A stretch of DNA of 53,706 bases, counting the filler, from Sphacelaria rigidula (taxonomy: Eukaryota), in NCBI GenBank assembly GCA_964200075.2. It is 4 parts of 4 records of this genome, joined end to end, with 100 filler letters (N's around TTAATTAATTAA, not from the genome) between each part and the next. Parts side by side here need not be neighbours in the genome. Positions count along the whole stretch, not along the records: positions 40,357 to 53,706 come from CAXNAA020002947.1; 3 more parts are not named here. The stretch is one strand, 5' to 3'. The stretch's first letter is position 1. Each line of letters opens with the position of its first letter. The translations under genes and the position numbers were made by a program. This document shows, piece after piece, positions 43,404-53,706 of this stretch. Below the pieces are notes generated by a model that was not told the DNA's origin, did no database searches, and saw only the letters and a list, made by a program, of their open reading frames with translations.

Positions 43404-46188
43404 ATCGATCGGGTTCCGGATTGAGGAAGAACGCCTGAATCCGATGACGTAGACTGTACAATCGAATGTCCTCCTCCGATCCTCGCTCTCGCATTCATGT
43501 TTATTTTAGACCAGCACTACGAGCCGGGCCAGCCTAGAAGCAGGTTTGTAGAGTTGGACCCTAAAACTTGGTATGGACAATGAATGGGGCATGGTTACAA
43601 AACAATATGTTTAGTCCCATTTTTTCTTGTTTTTTCATGAGTTCAAGGTCATAATCACTGATCACCTTTCTGTGGAGGTCATGAGACTCTTGGTGACTGC
43701 AGGAACCGTCGAGGGTGGCCGACGATTTTCCTCGTGTTATCTAGTCAAGAATTGACCGTAAGTCGTGGGGTGCAGGCAAAGTAGATCACTCGGGAAAGCC
43801 CCACGAGCGCGAGCGAGTTAGCCCGAAGAAGAAGTGATCCCCAGGGATAGCTGGCAGTTTGCTGGAAAGATCCCTGTTACCTTGGGGTCCCAGGTCCGGC
43901 TGTAGAGATATGGGAGTTTCGAGGCTCCCGGGAACTACCCCTGTAACAGCCGTTCACTACGTTATACATACATCGTAGCATAGGGGAATCTCTCCGCACA
44001 TGCCAAAATGGCGATCTCCATATTTCACGAAAACACTGTTCAAGCATGAAGAAACGAAAACCTTCGGGTCTATAAATAATTTGAAATGCTTTCTTATAAT
44101 TATGTCCTATTCATTATCGATACTACTTTTTTAGGGTCCACCTCTAAAAAACGAGGTGGGATTGAGCCGGCAAACTACCGTTCTGCTCCTAAGCTGGCCC
44201 GGCTCGTAGTGCTGGTCTAAAATAAACATGAATGCAAGAGCGAGGATCGGAGGAGGACATTCGATTGTACAGTCTACGTCATCGGATTCAGGCGTTCTTC
44301 CTTCAATCCCGAACCCGATCGATTGCATATATATCCCTCTCAACGGTCTGATTTTGTTACCACGTGTCGTCGTTCGGGCGTGTGTTTCGGCAAGATATTT
44401 ACACAACATGTTCCGTGGATCTTTGTGAGCTCCGGCACACAAACACCCTGTATGCATCGTTGGCACACAAACGCCCTGAATGCATCGTTGGATCTTCCGT
44501 GTCCTCGGGCCAACTAGCAGGGGGCTACATTCTCTTGGTCGTTAGGTTTCGGCCTTTTTTGTTGGGTGTAATTAAACCGAAAGTGGCTACGGTTGTGACT
44601 GCTCGGCGTATCTTCTGCTAAGCGGGCTGTACGGTCATCAGTTCGCGAAAAAGGGTCAAAAGGTACATACACAAAAAAGGGTTAGGCCGCTCCTTAAAAC
44701 AGACAAAATTAAAAATCTGGAACACTAATAGTCCCTTTTTGGAGCTTTCACGTCGTTTTACGCCGCAAAAGAGAGCTAGGCGGAGTTTGACACCTTGCAA
44801 TGACTTGCTCTACTAGTTGAGGCGGTTCCAGAACATCTTCCCGTTATCCGGTGGTCACAGTTTGCGTTTTGAATAAATAAGAATTTTGTCCGAGAACGGT
44901 GGAAAACAGTCAAGTCCAGAGAAAAGTGGCAATTTTTTGTAGATTTGACTGTTTTTTACCGTTCTCGGACAAAAATTCTTGTCCGGCCAAAATGGAAACT
45001 GCGGCCACCGGAAAACGAGAAGATGCCCTGCAACCACCTCAATTAGTAGAGCAAGTTATCCTCAGGTGTCAAACTCCGCCTACCTCTTTTTTGGGGCGTA
45101 AAACGGCGTGAAAGCTCCAAAATAAAAAGGCACTTTTCCAGATTTTATTTTTATTTTTGGACTTGAACCCATAACATGAATAATGTCCTTACACTCCTCT
45201 TTTTGCATGTATGTGCCGGGTCCACTCCGTAAAACGTCTATCAGGCACAACCTGAAAGGCGCATATGTATAACAATGTTTTCGTGAGGTCGAGAATGGAG
45301 AATATGAGAATACGATAGCGTGTGAAAATCGGTCAATTTGTGAATGAATCGTTTCAGTTCTGAAATGCCCCTGAACGAGGCCCGATATGGTTTCCGTAGT
45401 AGCTTGCCACTGAAGCCCTTGATATCCCTGCGTAGGATATCGACGTGTAGCTGTAAGCACACGCCAGTGATGAAGAAAAAGAAAAGCACGCACGAAATGA
45501 AAGAATTGGCTGCGTAAAAGCGAATGATCAAAGCCACTCTCAATCACCGTTCTACTCTCAATCCCACGAATAATACGGTGTGATACATTGTCATTCTCAT
45601 GTCGCTTGGACAACACTGATATACCGACTCAGATTTGGCCACAACCCAGCTAGGGGCGTGTTGACCAAGGAGACCGACCGGCTATACCTGTGGATTCTTG
45701 TCCTTGCCGTGACATACGAAACGTTTCACATCGGCGTGGACCTCAAACCACCGGTGGATGGCGGCCGTTGCGAGGCGGCGGGCTTCTTTGGTGTACTGCA
45801 GCGCACCCTCGAGAGGAGCAACACCAACTACTGCAAGAACACTAACGACAAGGCCGACAACAAGAAGAGCAGCGGCAACGTCAACGGCCCGGACGAGGCC
45901 GTGGGCCCGAACGAGGCCGTGGTAGGTGCGGGATGTGGCGCCGCCCTGGAGGACGGGGTCAGTGGTGGGGACCGAGTCGACGGTGTTGTTGGTGGCGAGG
46001 GAGGGGGGGCGACGACTGCGGGTGCATTGAATAAGGGCGAAACTCAGATATACACGGCGGAATGGGCACAAAAGATGCCGGGTGCTGTTTCCGTTTCGGT
46101 TGCTCCCCATCCGGCCGTGACGAACGGCGGCGACAGGATTGATTCCTCCCGCGTAAGGAGCGATGAACGCGGGAGCGTGTTGGTATAG
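42183..46188 (+). CDS. Last two coding exons of an unknown gene (42183-42415 and 45633-46188)
   Basis: Acceptor ctacaatag, then DPASDRLVLPYVLNACDAMVYIEDDEYWDQ...TETKA. Donor AG|gtacct (phase 2) matches acceptor gactcag|A, giving R-FGHNPARGVLTKETDRLYLWILVLAVTYE... to TAG at 46188. No family recognised. Confidence 0.5.
43063..44670. mobile_element. 1.6-kb foldback element with ~480-bp highly similar inverted arms
   Basis: 43063-43543 is the reverse complement of 44183-44670. Differences are an (AT)n expansion in the left arm, a 28-bp duplication in the right arm and scattered substitutions. A more diverged inner inverted segment pairs ~43543-43640 with ~44050-44152. Confidence 0.88.
44705..45160. 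mobile_element. Second foldback MITE (~450 bp), unrelated in sequence to its neighbour
   Basis: ttttggagctttcacgtcgttttacgcc...taggcggagtttgacacct pairs with aggtgtcaaactccgccta...ggcgtaaaacggcgtgaaagctccaaaa. The centre is near 44930. Confidence 0.85.
45275..45575. repeat. MITE-like family E (~300 bp, short TIRs)
   Basis: The termini tgttttcgtgag.tcgaga / ctctcaatcccacgaata are inverted. Homologous copies lie at 46678-46965, 51128-51400 (opposite orientation) and, diverged, 27935-28125. Confidence 0.7.
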
Positions 46189-49100
46189 CAGACTGTGTGA
46201 GTAAAGACCACAAAATATTTTTTCGTGCGTACGTGGCTGTGCTCATTAAGTTTGTCGATGTCCGGAGTGTGTGTGTGTGTGTTGCAAGAAGGAAGAGGAG
46301 CTGATGAGGGGGGACCCTGTCGTGCCAGTTGTGTTTTTTTTCGTTGTCTGTGTGTTTCATGTTTAATTTTGTGAGTGGTGGTTCTCCTTCGTCCCCAGCA
46401 CACACATTTTTGTCGCTCCGTCGTCGTCGTCAAGTGCCGGCAAGAGGCACGTCACCTGCGGCAGTTCCCCGAAATTTTATATCTTTACATACCTACTGCA
46501 AGGGTCGTTTTTCACGGGACTTTTTTCTCCGACTATTATTCTCGATTTTCAAGAATCTAACTTCTCGGGAAAAAAATCCTGAAAAAAAACGACATTATTA
46601 TATATTCCGAGTAGTATGTAGTAGTCTGTCTTTACTTGATCCATTTCTTGACCTGGTCGAGAAATCTGCAATCAAATTGTTTTCGTGAGATCGAGAGTAG
46701 AGGATACGATTGAGAGTGAAAAGCGGTCACTTATTGATGAATGAATCGTTTCACTTCCAAAATGCCCTTGAACGAGGCCCGATGTGCTTTCTGTAGTAGC
46801 TTGCCACTGAGGCCCCCGATATTCCTGAGTAGGATATCGACGTGTAGCTGAAAGTACACGCTAATGATAAAGGCAGCGTTAGCACACACGGAATAAAAAA
46901 AGGAAGGGCCAAGTGAAAGTAGATGGCCAGAGTCACTCTTAGTCAGCACTTTACTCCATATCACACAAAATCGTCGTTTAAATCATATTTTTTCTGGGAG
47001 GAAGTTCCCTCCCCCCGAGAAAGTCGGGAAAGTCTGAAAAAAACGTGCATAACGATCCTACGGGGGGAAACTACTTGGTTGAGGACACAGCAGTGAAGCG
47101 CTCATATATCCACCACTACCGACAAGGTTCTCTGGACTGCAACTCACTTCAATCCATACATGCTGAGATCACGCTATATGAGTCGCGTCTGCCTCCTTGT
47201 TTTGAGATGCTGTTGTCAATTGCATAATAACTGCAAACCAATCGCAGGGACGGAAACCGTACAACACGCAGACAGATCATGCGCACCACAGCGCAGAGAT
47301 GCAACATGAGTGGATCACACCCAGAAAGTAGCGGCGTATAAAGCGGCAAACATTGTATAGTCTACCGTGACACGTCGCCAGCGAGCGCGGCCATTTTTTT
47401 CTTCACGTTCTGAATCCCTACTCCCCTTCCTCGCGTCGAATTCGTGGTGTCAACAGAACAGAAAATTGTCGTTATTGGTTGTTACATTCGAAGTACATAC
47501 ATGTGCGTGTCATCTGCACCTACATCGACATCGCGACGTTGCTCACATGTATATCGACATCAAAACGAGCATGATGGGGCTGGAAATACGCATTCCCCAC
47601 ATACCGTGTCAAGGCAGTGCATATCGCCGTACTCAGGTGGTTTGACTGGTACATCGTACAGGTTGGTCCCACCACCACCCAGACCCCCCAAAAAAACGTG
47701 GCCCCGGATTTGTTGTCCGAGATTTGGAAAATAAAAGTAAGACCTGAAATTTTTGGGAGAGGTGGACATCGGTATTTCAAGGTCATCCTCGAAGTTAATT
47801 AGTTCTCTCTTTCTTTCTTTTTTTTCAAATCAAATATGTTTGACTGAACTCCCCTCGCCCCCCCAAAAAGAATCTGCCATTTTCTTCACAAACAAAATGA
47901 GTGAGAAAAACTACCTGTAAAATATAATGAATGACCCGAAAACACCCGAAAAATCCAAGATCCTGTAGATGCGTGTAAGGAGCTTCCCAAGGGCGTGAAA
48001 ACCCAAAAAAATGATCCAAGTGTTTTCCCCAATATTTTTTTCTTGGCTGTCATTTTCGGACGGCGACGAGTTGGGAGCCAAAAAACAGGGGTCGTTGTTC
48101 TTGGCTTGACGTCAACTACACGCCCACCAATTCTTCAGCGCAACGGAGTGAGCATTCGTGCATCTTGATTTTTGTTCCAAACCGTCGCCAACGGGTACCG
48201 CCACTAATCCATCTTCAGTGTCCAGGAATACCAAAGTCCGAAATGATGAAAATGCGTGGATGGTTCATCAGAGAGTGCGCGGGGCTCTCCAGGTTGGCTG
48301 TACAGCTGCAGGGAACCTGGTTGCGATGTTAATTTCTCGATCATGTCCATCGTTTTTGCGCTGGAGACACGTCTTCTTCTGTGCCAGGAATATCTTGGAA
48401 AGCATTGCAAATCTTTTAGAGGAGGCCCAATTCGCCAAGGCCCAGATTCCGCAAAAAAGTCTCGGATGAAAGGTTCACAAAGGGCGTTTCTCCGAGAGCC
48501 CATTTTCCGACTATCAAAAGGTGCCCTTAGGCCGAAGATAGGGGGGGGGGTGGGGATCCCTCTAGAGTAGTATGATTTTCGTGGTCGAGAACGCGAGGGC
48601 GAGAGTAGCAAAAATATTTTTCACGGCAACCCACGCGGTGCCCGAGTGCTCACCCGATTCGCGAGACCATAATACCAGGCATGTACCGGGGGGAATATGG
48701 GTTGATCCCTCGAGAGACCGCGGACTCGTCCCGACGAAGGCGAGGGATTCAAGTGTGACAAGACAAAACACACACACACAAAAAAGCAATGTAACAGACC
48801 AAGAACGGTCGCAGAATCGAATTGCTTGACTTCGATGATCGTTGAATTGCTCGTATATTTATACTTTAACACAGAACCGACCGTACCTCCTTCTCTCGCG
48901 ACATCCTTTACAACACCCCACCTTCACAAGTATCAACAGCGCAGAAAATAAAAAATAAAATAAAAAGGAAAACGTCTTGCGGGTATGAATACTTCATACT
49001 TCCGTGTAACATATCGACCGCACCAACACAGCCGTAAAAATCGTGTGGATTCGATTTCGTTTTCGATCACCCGACACATTTATTTTCGTCGAGAGAAAAA

Positions 49101-49761
49101 GCTGCAATACTTCAGTTTCAAACTACGCTCAGGATAGGCTACATACCCAGCGGTTCTCCTGAGGATGCAGACACGCGTGATTAGGGGTATTCACGCACTA
49201 CCCCACTATTCCAACAATGGTATCACGTGCTTTTCCGCCAAAGGCTGATTTTGTCAGAACACACCAACATGACCAATGAAGAAACGCACAGGCAAGAACG
49301 CTGACATGCCAACTTGCCGGTCTGGGCGACAATTCCACGGACACCAGCCCAACCTCTACACCCACCCTCACTCAAACCCGCATGCAAGACGCGAAAAAGA
49401 AGACTTCAATCCGTTTTACTCCAGTGAAAGAGCATCATCCCTCCCCCCTGGCCCGGCACCGGGTACCCATCCCCAAGTCGCCTTCTGTATATCAACAAAC
49501 GGCCACGGGAAGGCAGCAGTGCAGACTCCAAACCTGCCTGGTTAATTTCTTCCGGATTGTAAAAACCTACCGCCCGTGCATGTTACGAAATCCAACATCC
49601 AAGTCGTGCCGACAACAAGCGCTTTGTGCTGCTTCCCTCCCCCAACCCCCCCTGCACCCTGCTAGGTGCCCGACTATCTCATCGTCCCTCCCTCCTGCAC
49701 GCGCAGCCCTTTTTGCTATATTCGCCCCTCCACGCGTCCAAACGCGTGCCCCCCCATTGCT

Positions 49762-52700
49762 TCACGTCGAGCTGGTCCCCCTGTTAAACTCCTCCACAAG
49801 CGGCGTAACGAGTGCTTCCAACGGGTCCATCTCTTTCCGGGCGAGAAGATCGAACTCTAACGCGAAGAAGATGAAGTGCTGCGGCACGAAAAACAACACA
49901 TGGACCCATATATGGGCCGTCGGCATAGATAGATTAGATCCAGCAGGGGTACGATGAAGTGTGTAAGGTCATCTTCAATCGACTCTGTAAATCCGTTGCG
50001 CGGGAGCTCATCTTTCGGAATAATATCACCTCGGACAAACAAGGGGAGGGGAGGTCTCATGCCTGTCGTACTTGGCACTTTTTTCTGTCAAGAGAGGGAG
50101 AGGGAAGCGTCATCGCCATCATTATTAGAAGTATTTTGAGAGCGTAAAGCGTGTCAATAATCAATCCGATCACAGTAACATTCACGGGGTTGGCCTCGGC
50201 ACAACAAGTCCCTTCGTGCTATGAAGAGAACCTCTCTTGCCACATGTTTGGATAATACACCGGTTGCCCCGGTAGTCCAGTTGGTTACCTCGAAGGCTTT
50301 TGACGATAGGGGCGTGGGTTCGAATCTCGGTGAGGTCACACAATCAGGGATTTTTTCTCACACCATGGCCAGCCGTGGAGAGCGATAATGTCGTGGGTAC
50401 ACAACGTTTGACTTCACAGTCGACGAGGGACAAGGATCGCTGCACCCCTCTTGCGATAAGAAATGAGGCAAATGCCGCAGAAGGGAGATGGAGTACTAAA
50501 ACGAAGTCAAGAGAAAACTCCTGTGTTGGCCTTCCTCCTGTGGAATCCCGGCTGATGCACCCAGATATGCCGAAAGGTGTAGACTGGCGTCCAGAATAGA
50601 TGGGATAACACACACACACACACACACACAGTGTCGCGCCCAACGGTTAAAGTTATGAAGAGAGGTTGGAGAGTCCTCGACTTGCTTCTCACACCACACC
50701 GCCATTTCGATCAATTGTGTCATTACCCCGCCAATGCCGCTAGGCTTATTTATCAGATCTTTAAATCCCCACCCATTATAATCCACAATGCCAAAGTGCC
50801 ACCGAATTTGCCGACGCTTAGTGTGGTGTAGAACGGGGACAACGCTCTCGGTAAGCTGGACAAGCTACGATACGGGTCGCGCAGACAAAACTACGGAACA
50901 ATCGAACACTGGTGTGACAATGGTTCCAGTACTCCATCCCCATGTAGTTCAAACAGCAATATAGCCATATACTCGATTCAAAGAGGTGGTGTAGCGACCA
51001 CCGGTGGTCCAACCACTTCGGGTAACGATTAGGGCAACTCCACGGAAACAGCAGAGCGGAGTGCACATTCCCGACATTCCCAAGGAACGGCTCCTCAATT
51101 CCGATGCGGTACTTGTTAAGATTCAACAATGTTTCGTGAGATTGAGAATGAGTTTTATTACTCGCTTTAACTCGACCAATTTTTCAAATTGTGTGTGATT
51201 TTCTTCACCTGTAACACTGTCGTGTGCTTACAGCGAAACACCAATATCTTACTCGGGGATATCGAAGGCTTCAATGGCAAGCTACTACAGAAAGCGTATC
51301 AAGCCCGGAGGGGCATTTCGGAACTGAAACTATTTCATTCATTACTTGACCGCTTCTCACTCTCGATCGTAACCTGGGCTCTCCATCTCACGTAAACACT
51401 GCTATCCGTAATGAGCACCATGTATAATGATCGGACCAGTTATAGTCAACTGCCATTCGACCCCTTTGAATTGTACGAGTAGCCCGCCACTGCTATGCCA
51501 GTGAAGTGACACAACTTTGAACGATGCATAGACAAAACGGTGAAGTACAATTGGTCGCGATATCACTCACTGCATTGCCATTTACTGATATTGACCAGCG
51601 GCAGCATCAATACACCAATACTATTGCTACGCATGCTATAGTCATCATACACTGGACATAGACTAAATTGACAGTGGTACCCACATTCTTAACGCGGTAC
51701 GTCATCTGTTCAGCTGTTATGTGATTCACGCCCGTTGCTGTCGACGGAAGCAGCAGCGGCAACATCATGCCTCATGTCCACCGCCGCCATCTATTCACTT
51801 CATCACGCCTCGTACGTGTACCGCAGCAAATAGCTAACAAACAATAGTGAAAAGATATATATTTTCAATATTTTTCGCGCCCATTTTTTCAGCAACACTG
51901 AAGCGTATGTGCGTAAAGCGTTGCCCTAATGCATTCAAAAATGAGCTCGGTTTGAACAAAAATAGACCCCCCGAAACGCGCATTTCTCTCGCCCCTGGCG
52001 GACCCCCCTCACCAGCCGGGAGGGGGAGGGGGGCGATTTGGCTCGGGTCGCGCCATCGTCTTGCGGCTGAAGGTGCCACGGCATTAACACATGTCAACAT
52101 ATTTCATTGACACACATATTAATACTATATTATAATAGGATATTCATCGAACGAAGCTCCGAAATACAGGAGTTGTATACTGTGCTATATTGATGAAATC
52201 GACCCGTACATGGCCCATACGGAGAAAATGTTTGTCAAATGAACGGACTCGGTCATGTTCCAGGAATCTGAAATGGCCTGGAACACTGAAGTATTGCAAG
52301 AATGTATGGCAAAGCCACCCCAAGAACAGCCCGCCACTGTACTCAGCTAGTCCTCGGCACATTCTGACGGTTGGGTCGTGGGTCGAATCTCGGTGCAGTC
52401 ACAAGGTCTGGGATTTTTTCTCACATGATACTTAGCAGTGGAGAGCGACCATGTCGTGGGTACAAAAAATTCGACTTCACGGTCGACGAGGGAAAGCGAC
52501 TGCTGAACCCCCTTCGCGATAAAAAGTGAGGCAAGCACCGCAGAATTAAGGTGGAGGACTAAAACAAAATAAAAATGAAAAACTCCTGTGTTGGCCTTCC
52601 TCCTGTGACCCCGACTAGTGCGCCCACATATACCGAAAGGTGTAGACTGACGTCCAGAATAGATGGGATGACAACACACACGCACATCGTACTCGCCACC

Positions 52701-53331
52701 ACTACACGATCGAAACAAGGTTCAACACTAGAAAGCCCGAGCACAGCCTCCTCATCTAAACCCAGGCTCCCTTGCAAGCACAGTGGGGCCCCTACTCCAA
52801 CGCGGTAGAGTGCAAGCAAAGGTTCAAGCTTGTGTTCTGTAGGGTATACCGGCTGAAAATGGAATACTTACAATACAGAATTTACAAGGGATATTTTATC
52901 GATAAGAATCCTTCCGAACCAAACCGGATTGTTCCGCACACATTCCGGCACGGTTTAGTGAACCAACCACATTCGGGTATACCCTACGATACACAACCTC
53001 GCAAAGGTTGACCACCTCCCATGAGACTCTAGCCTCGAAGTGGATTGAGGCCTGCCTACCTACCGAACGCGGTAAACGATGCCAGTCGGTTTCCCATTGC
53101 CGTCGAGCGGGGTTCCGCCTCAAGAGGGACGGTTCTAAAAAAGCGGGGGGACCACATACAGTACTAGATATTGCATTTGGTAGCGCACCTTGAAGGACGT
53201 ATTGAGATGGGCAGCCGCGCCGAGCTGCTCGATGTTATCGAAGTGGCTGCAGTAGATGATGGCAAACACTCGGAACAGTCGCTTGAAGATCGTCATCGCG
53301 GTCTTCTTGAAATCCTTGGGGTAGGTCGCAT
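49762..53331 (-). CDS. MOB1: MOB kinase activator (MOB1/phocein family), last two exons; 5' exons lie beyond the right edge
   Basis: Exon 53331-53189 (DATYPKDFKKTAMTIFKRLFRVFAIIYCSHFDNIEQLGAAAHLNTSFK) splices GT-AG in phase 0 to exon 49878-49762 (HFIFFALEFDLLARKEMDPLEALVTPLVEEFNRGTSST*). The family signature is IFKRLFRV...HF...HLNTSFKHFIFF. The exact paralogue (MOB1 vs MOB2) is not certain. Confidence 0.92.
50263..50630 (+). mobile_element. tRNA-derived SINE with (CA)n tail, in the MOB intron
   Basis: A box GGTAGTCCAGTTGG, B box GGTTCGAATC, body homologous to 37452-37812, CA-repeat tail. Confidence 0.8.
52330..52686 (+). mobile_element. tRNA-derived SINE, third copy with degraded boxes
   Basis: Colinear with 50263-50630 through ...cgtccagaatagatgggatgacaacacaca. 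Confidence 0.75.
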
Positions 53332-53622
53332 CTGCCGGGGGAGATTTGCCGCCCACCATCAAAACACGGACACAAGGATAGCAGGTGGGACACACAAACA
53401 CCCGACAGAGGTCGCAGACAGCGTCAGCAAACAAGCAAACTCGTTATAATAAAACCACGCCTCTTCCTCCTCCGCCAGAGAATATCTGGGGCGTTCTATT
53501 CTCACGGCGCGTTCTCGGACAACTTTCTGGCAAAATATCCAAGTTGACTCATTGGCGTCATGAGGAAGCAGTGATATATATATATATATATATTGAGAAT
53601 CTAGTGGTGCAGGGACATTATA

Positions 53623-53653
<31 letters not shown>

Positions 53654-53706
53654 GGATGAAGGAAGACGGGGGGGGGTGGGGTAAGATGGAGGGCGGAGCG
53701 CGGTGG

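Noticed and set aside
45241..45543. Repeated peptide LQLHVDIL...GKLL as a gene family (also 46731-46964 and 51189-51395)
   Set aside because: The similarity is at DNA level within a TIR-bounded MITE and the frames are not preserved among copies.
45660..45760. Resemblance of DRLYLWILVLAVTYETFHIGVDLKP to the RNA polymerase I A49 C-terminus
   Set aside because: It is a short hydrophobic-helix similarity only; the flanking sequence does not support it.
48158..48611. ORFs with a CxxxxC motif suggesting a zinc finger or transposase
   Set aside because: The His ligands and any other family motifs are missing, and no splice-consistent model was found.

Overview
Eukaryotic, intron-rich, repeat-dense DNA. 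It is most likely from a brown alga (Phaeophyceae); this is inferred from gene structure, RPS3 sequence and the repeat landscape. The window is four contigs joined by artificial 100-nt N-TTAATTAATTAA-N spacers (13355, 26807, 40257), so adjacency across them is unproven. 1-13.3 kb is a nest of decayed retroelements: a LINE RT fragment, a minus-strand Ty3/gypsy gag-protease relic, and pol-less LTR elements with two LTR types that share one internal module and a variable-copy 210-bp (70-codon) repeat. 13.5-26.8 kb holds an intron-containing pseudogene resembling a P-element-type transposase C-terminus plus a SAP motif, and a chromodomain gypsy element lacking its RT core. 26.9-40.2 kb holds a complete 7-exon RPS3 gene (minus strand, 226 aa) head-to-head with an unknown gene carrying SIM-, UBA- and UIM-like motifs. 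40.4-53.7 kb holds two exons of an unknown gene whose intron is filled by three stacked foldback elements, and the last two exons of a MOB1-family gene. tRNA-derived SINEs and several MITE families are dispersed. No rRNA, true tRNA or CRISPR array was found. All coordinates and alignments were read by eye.
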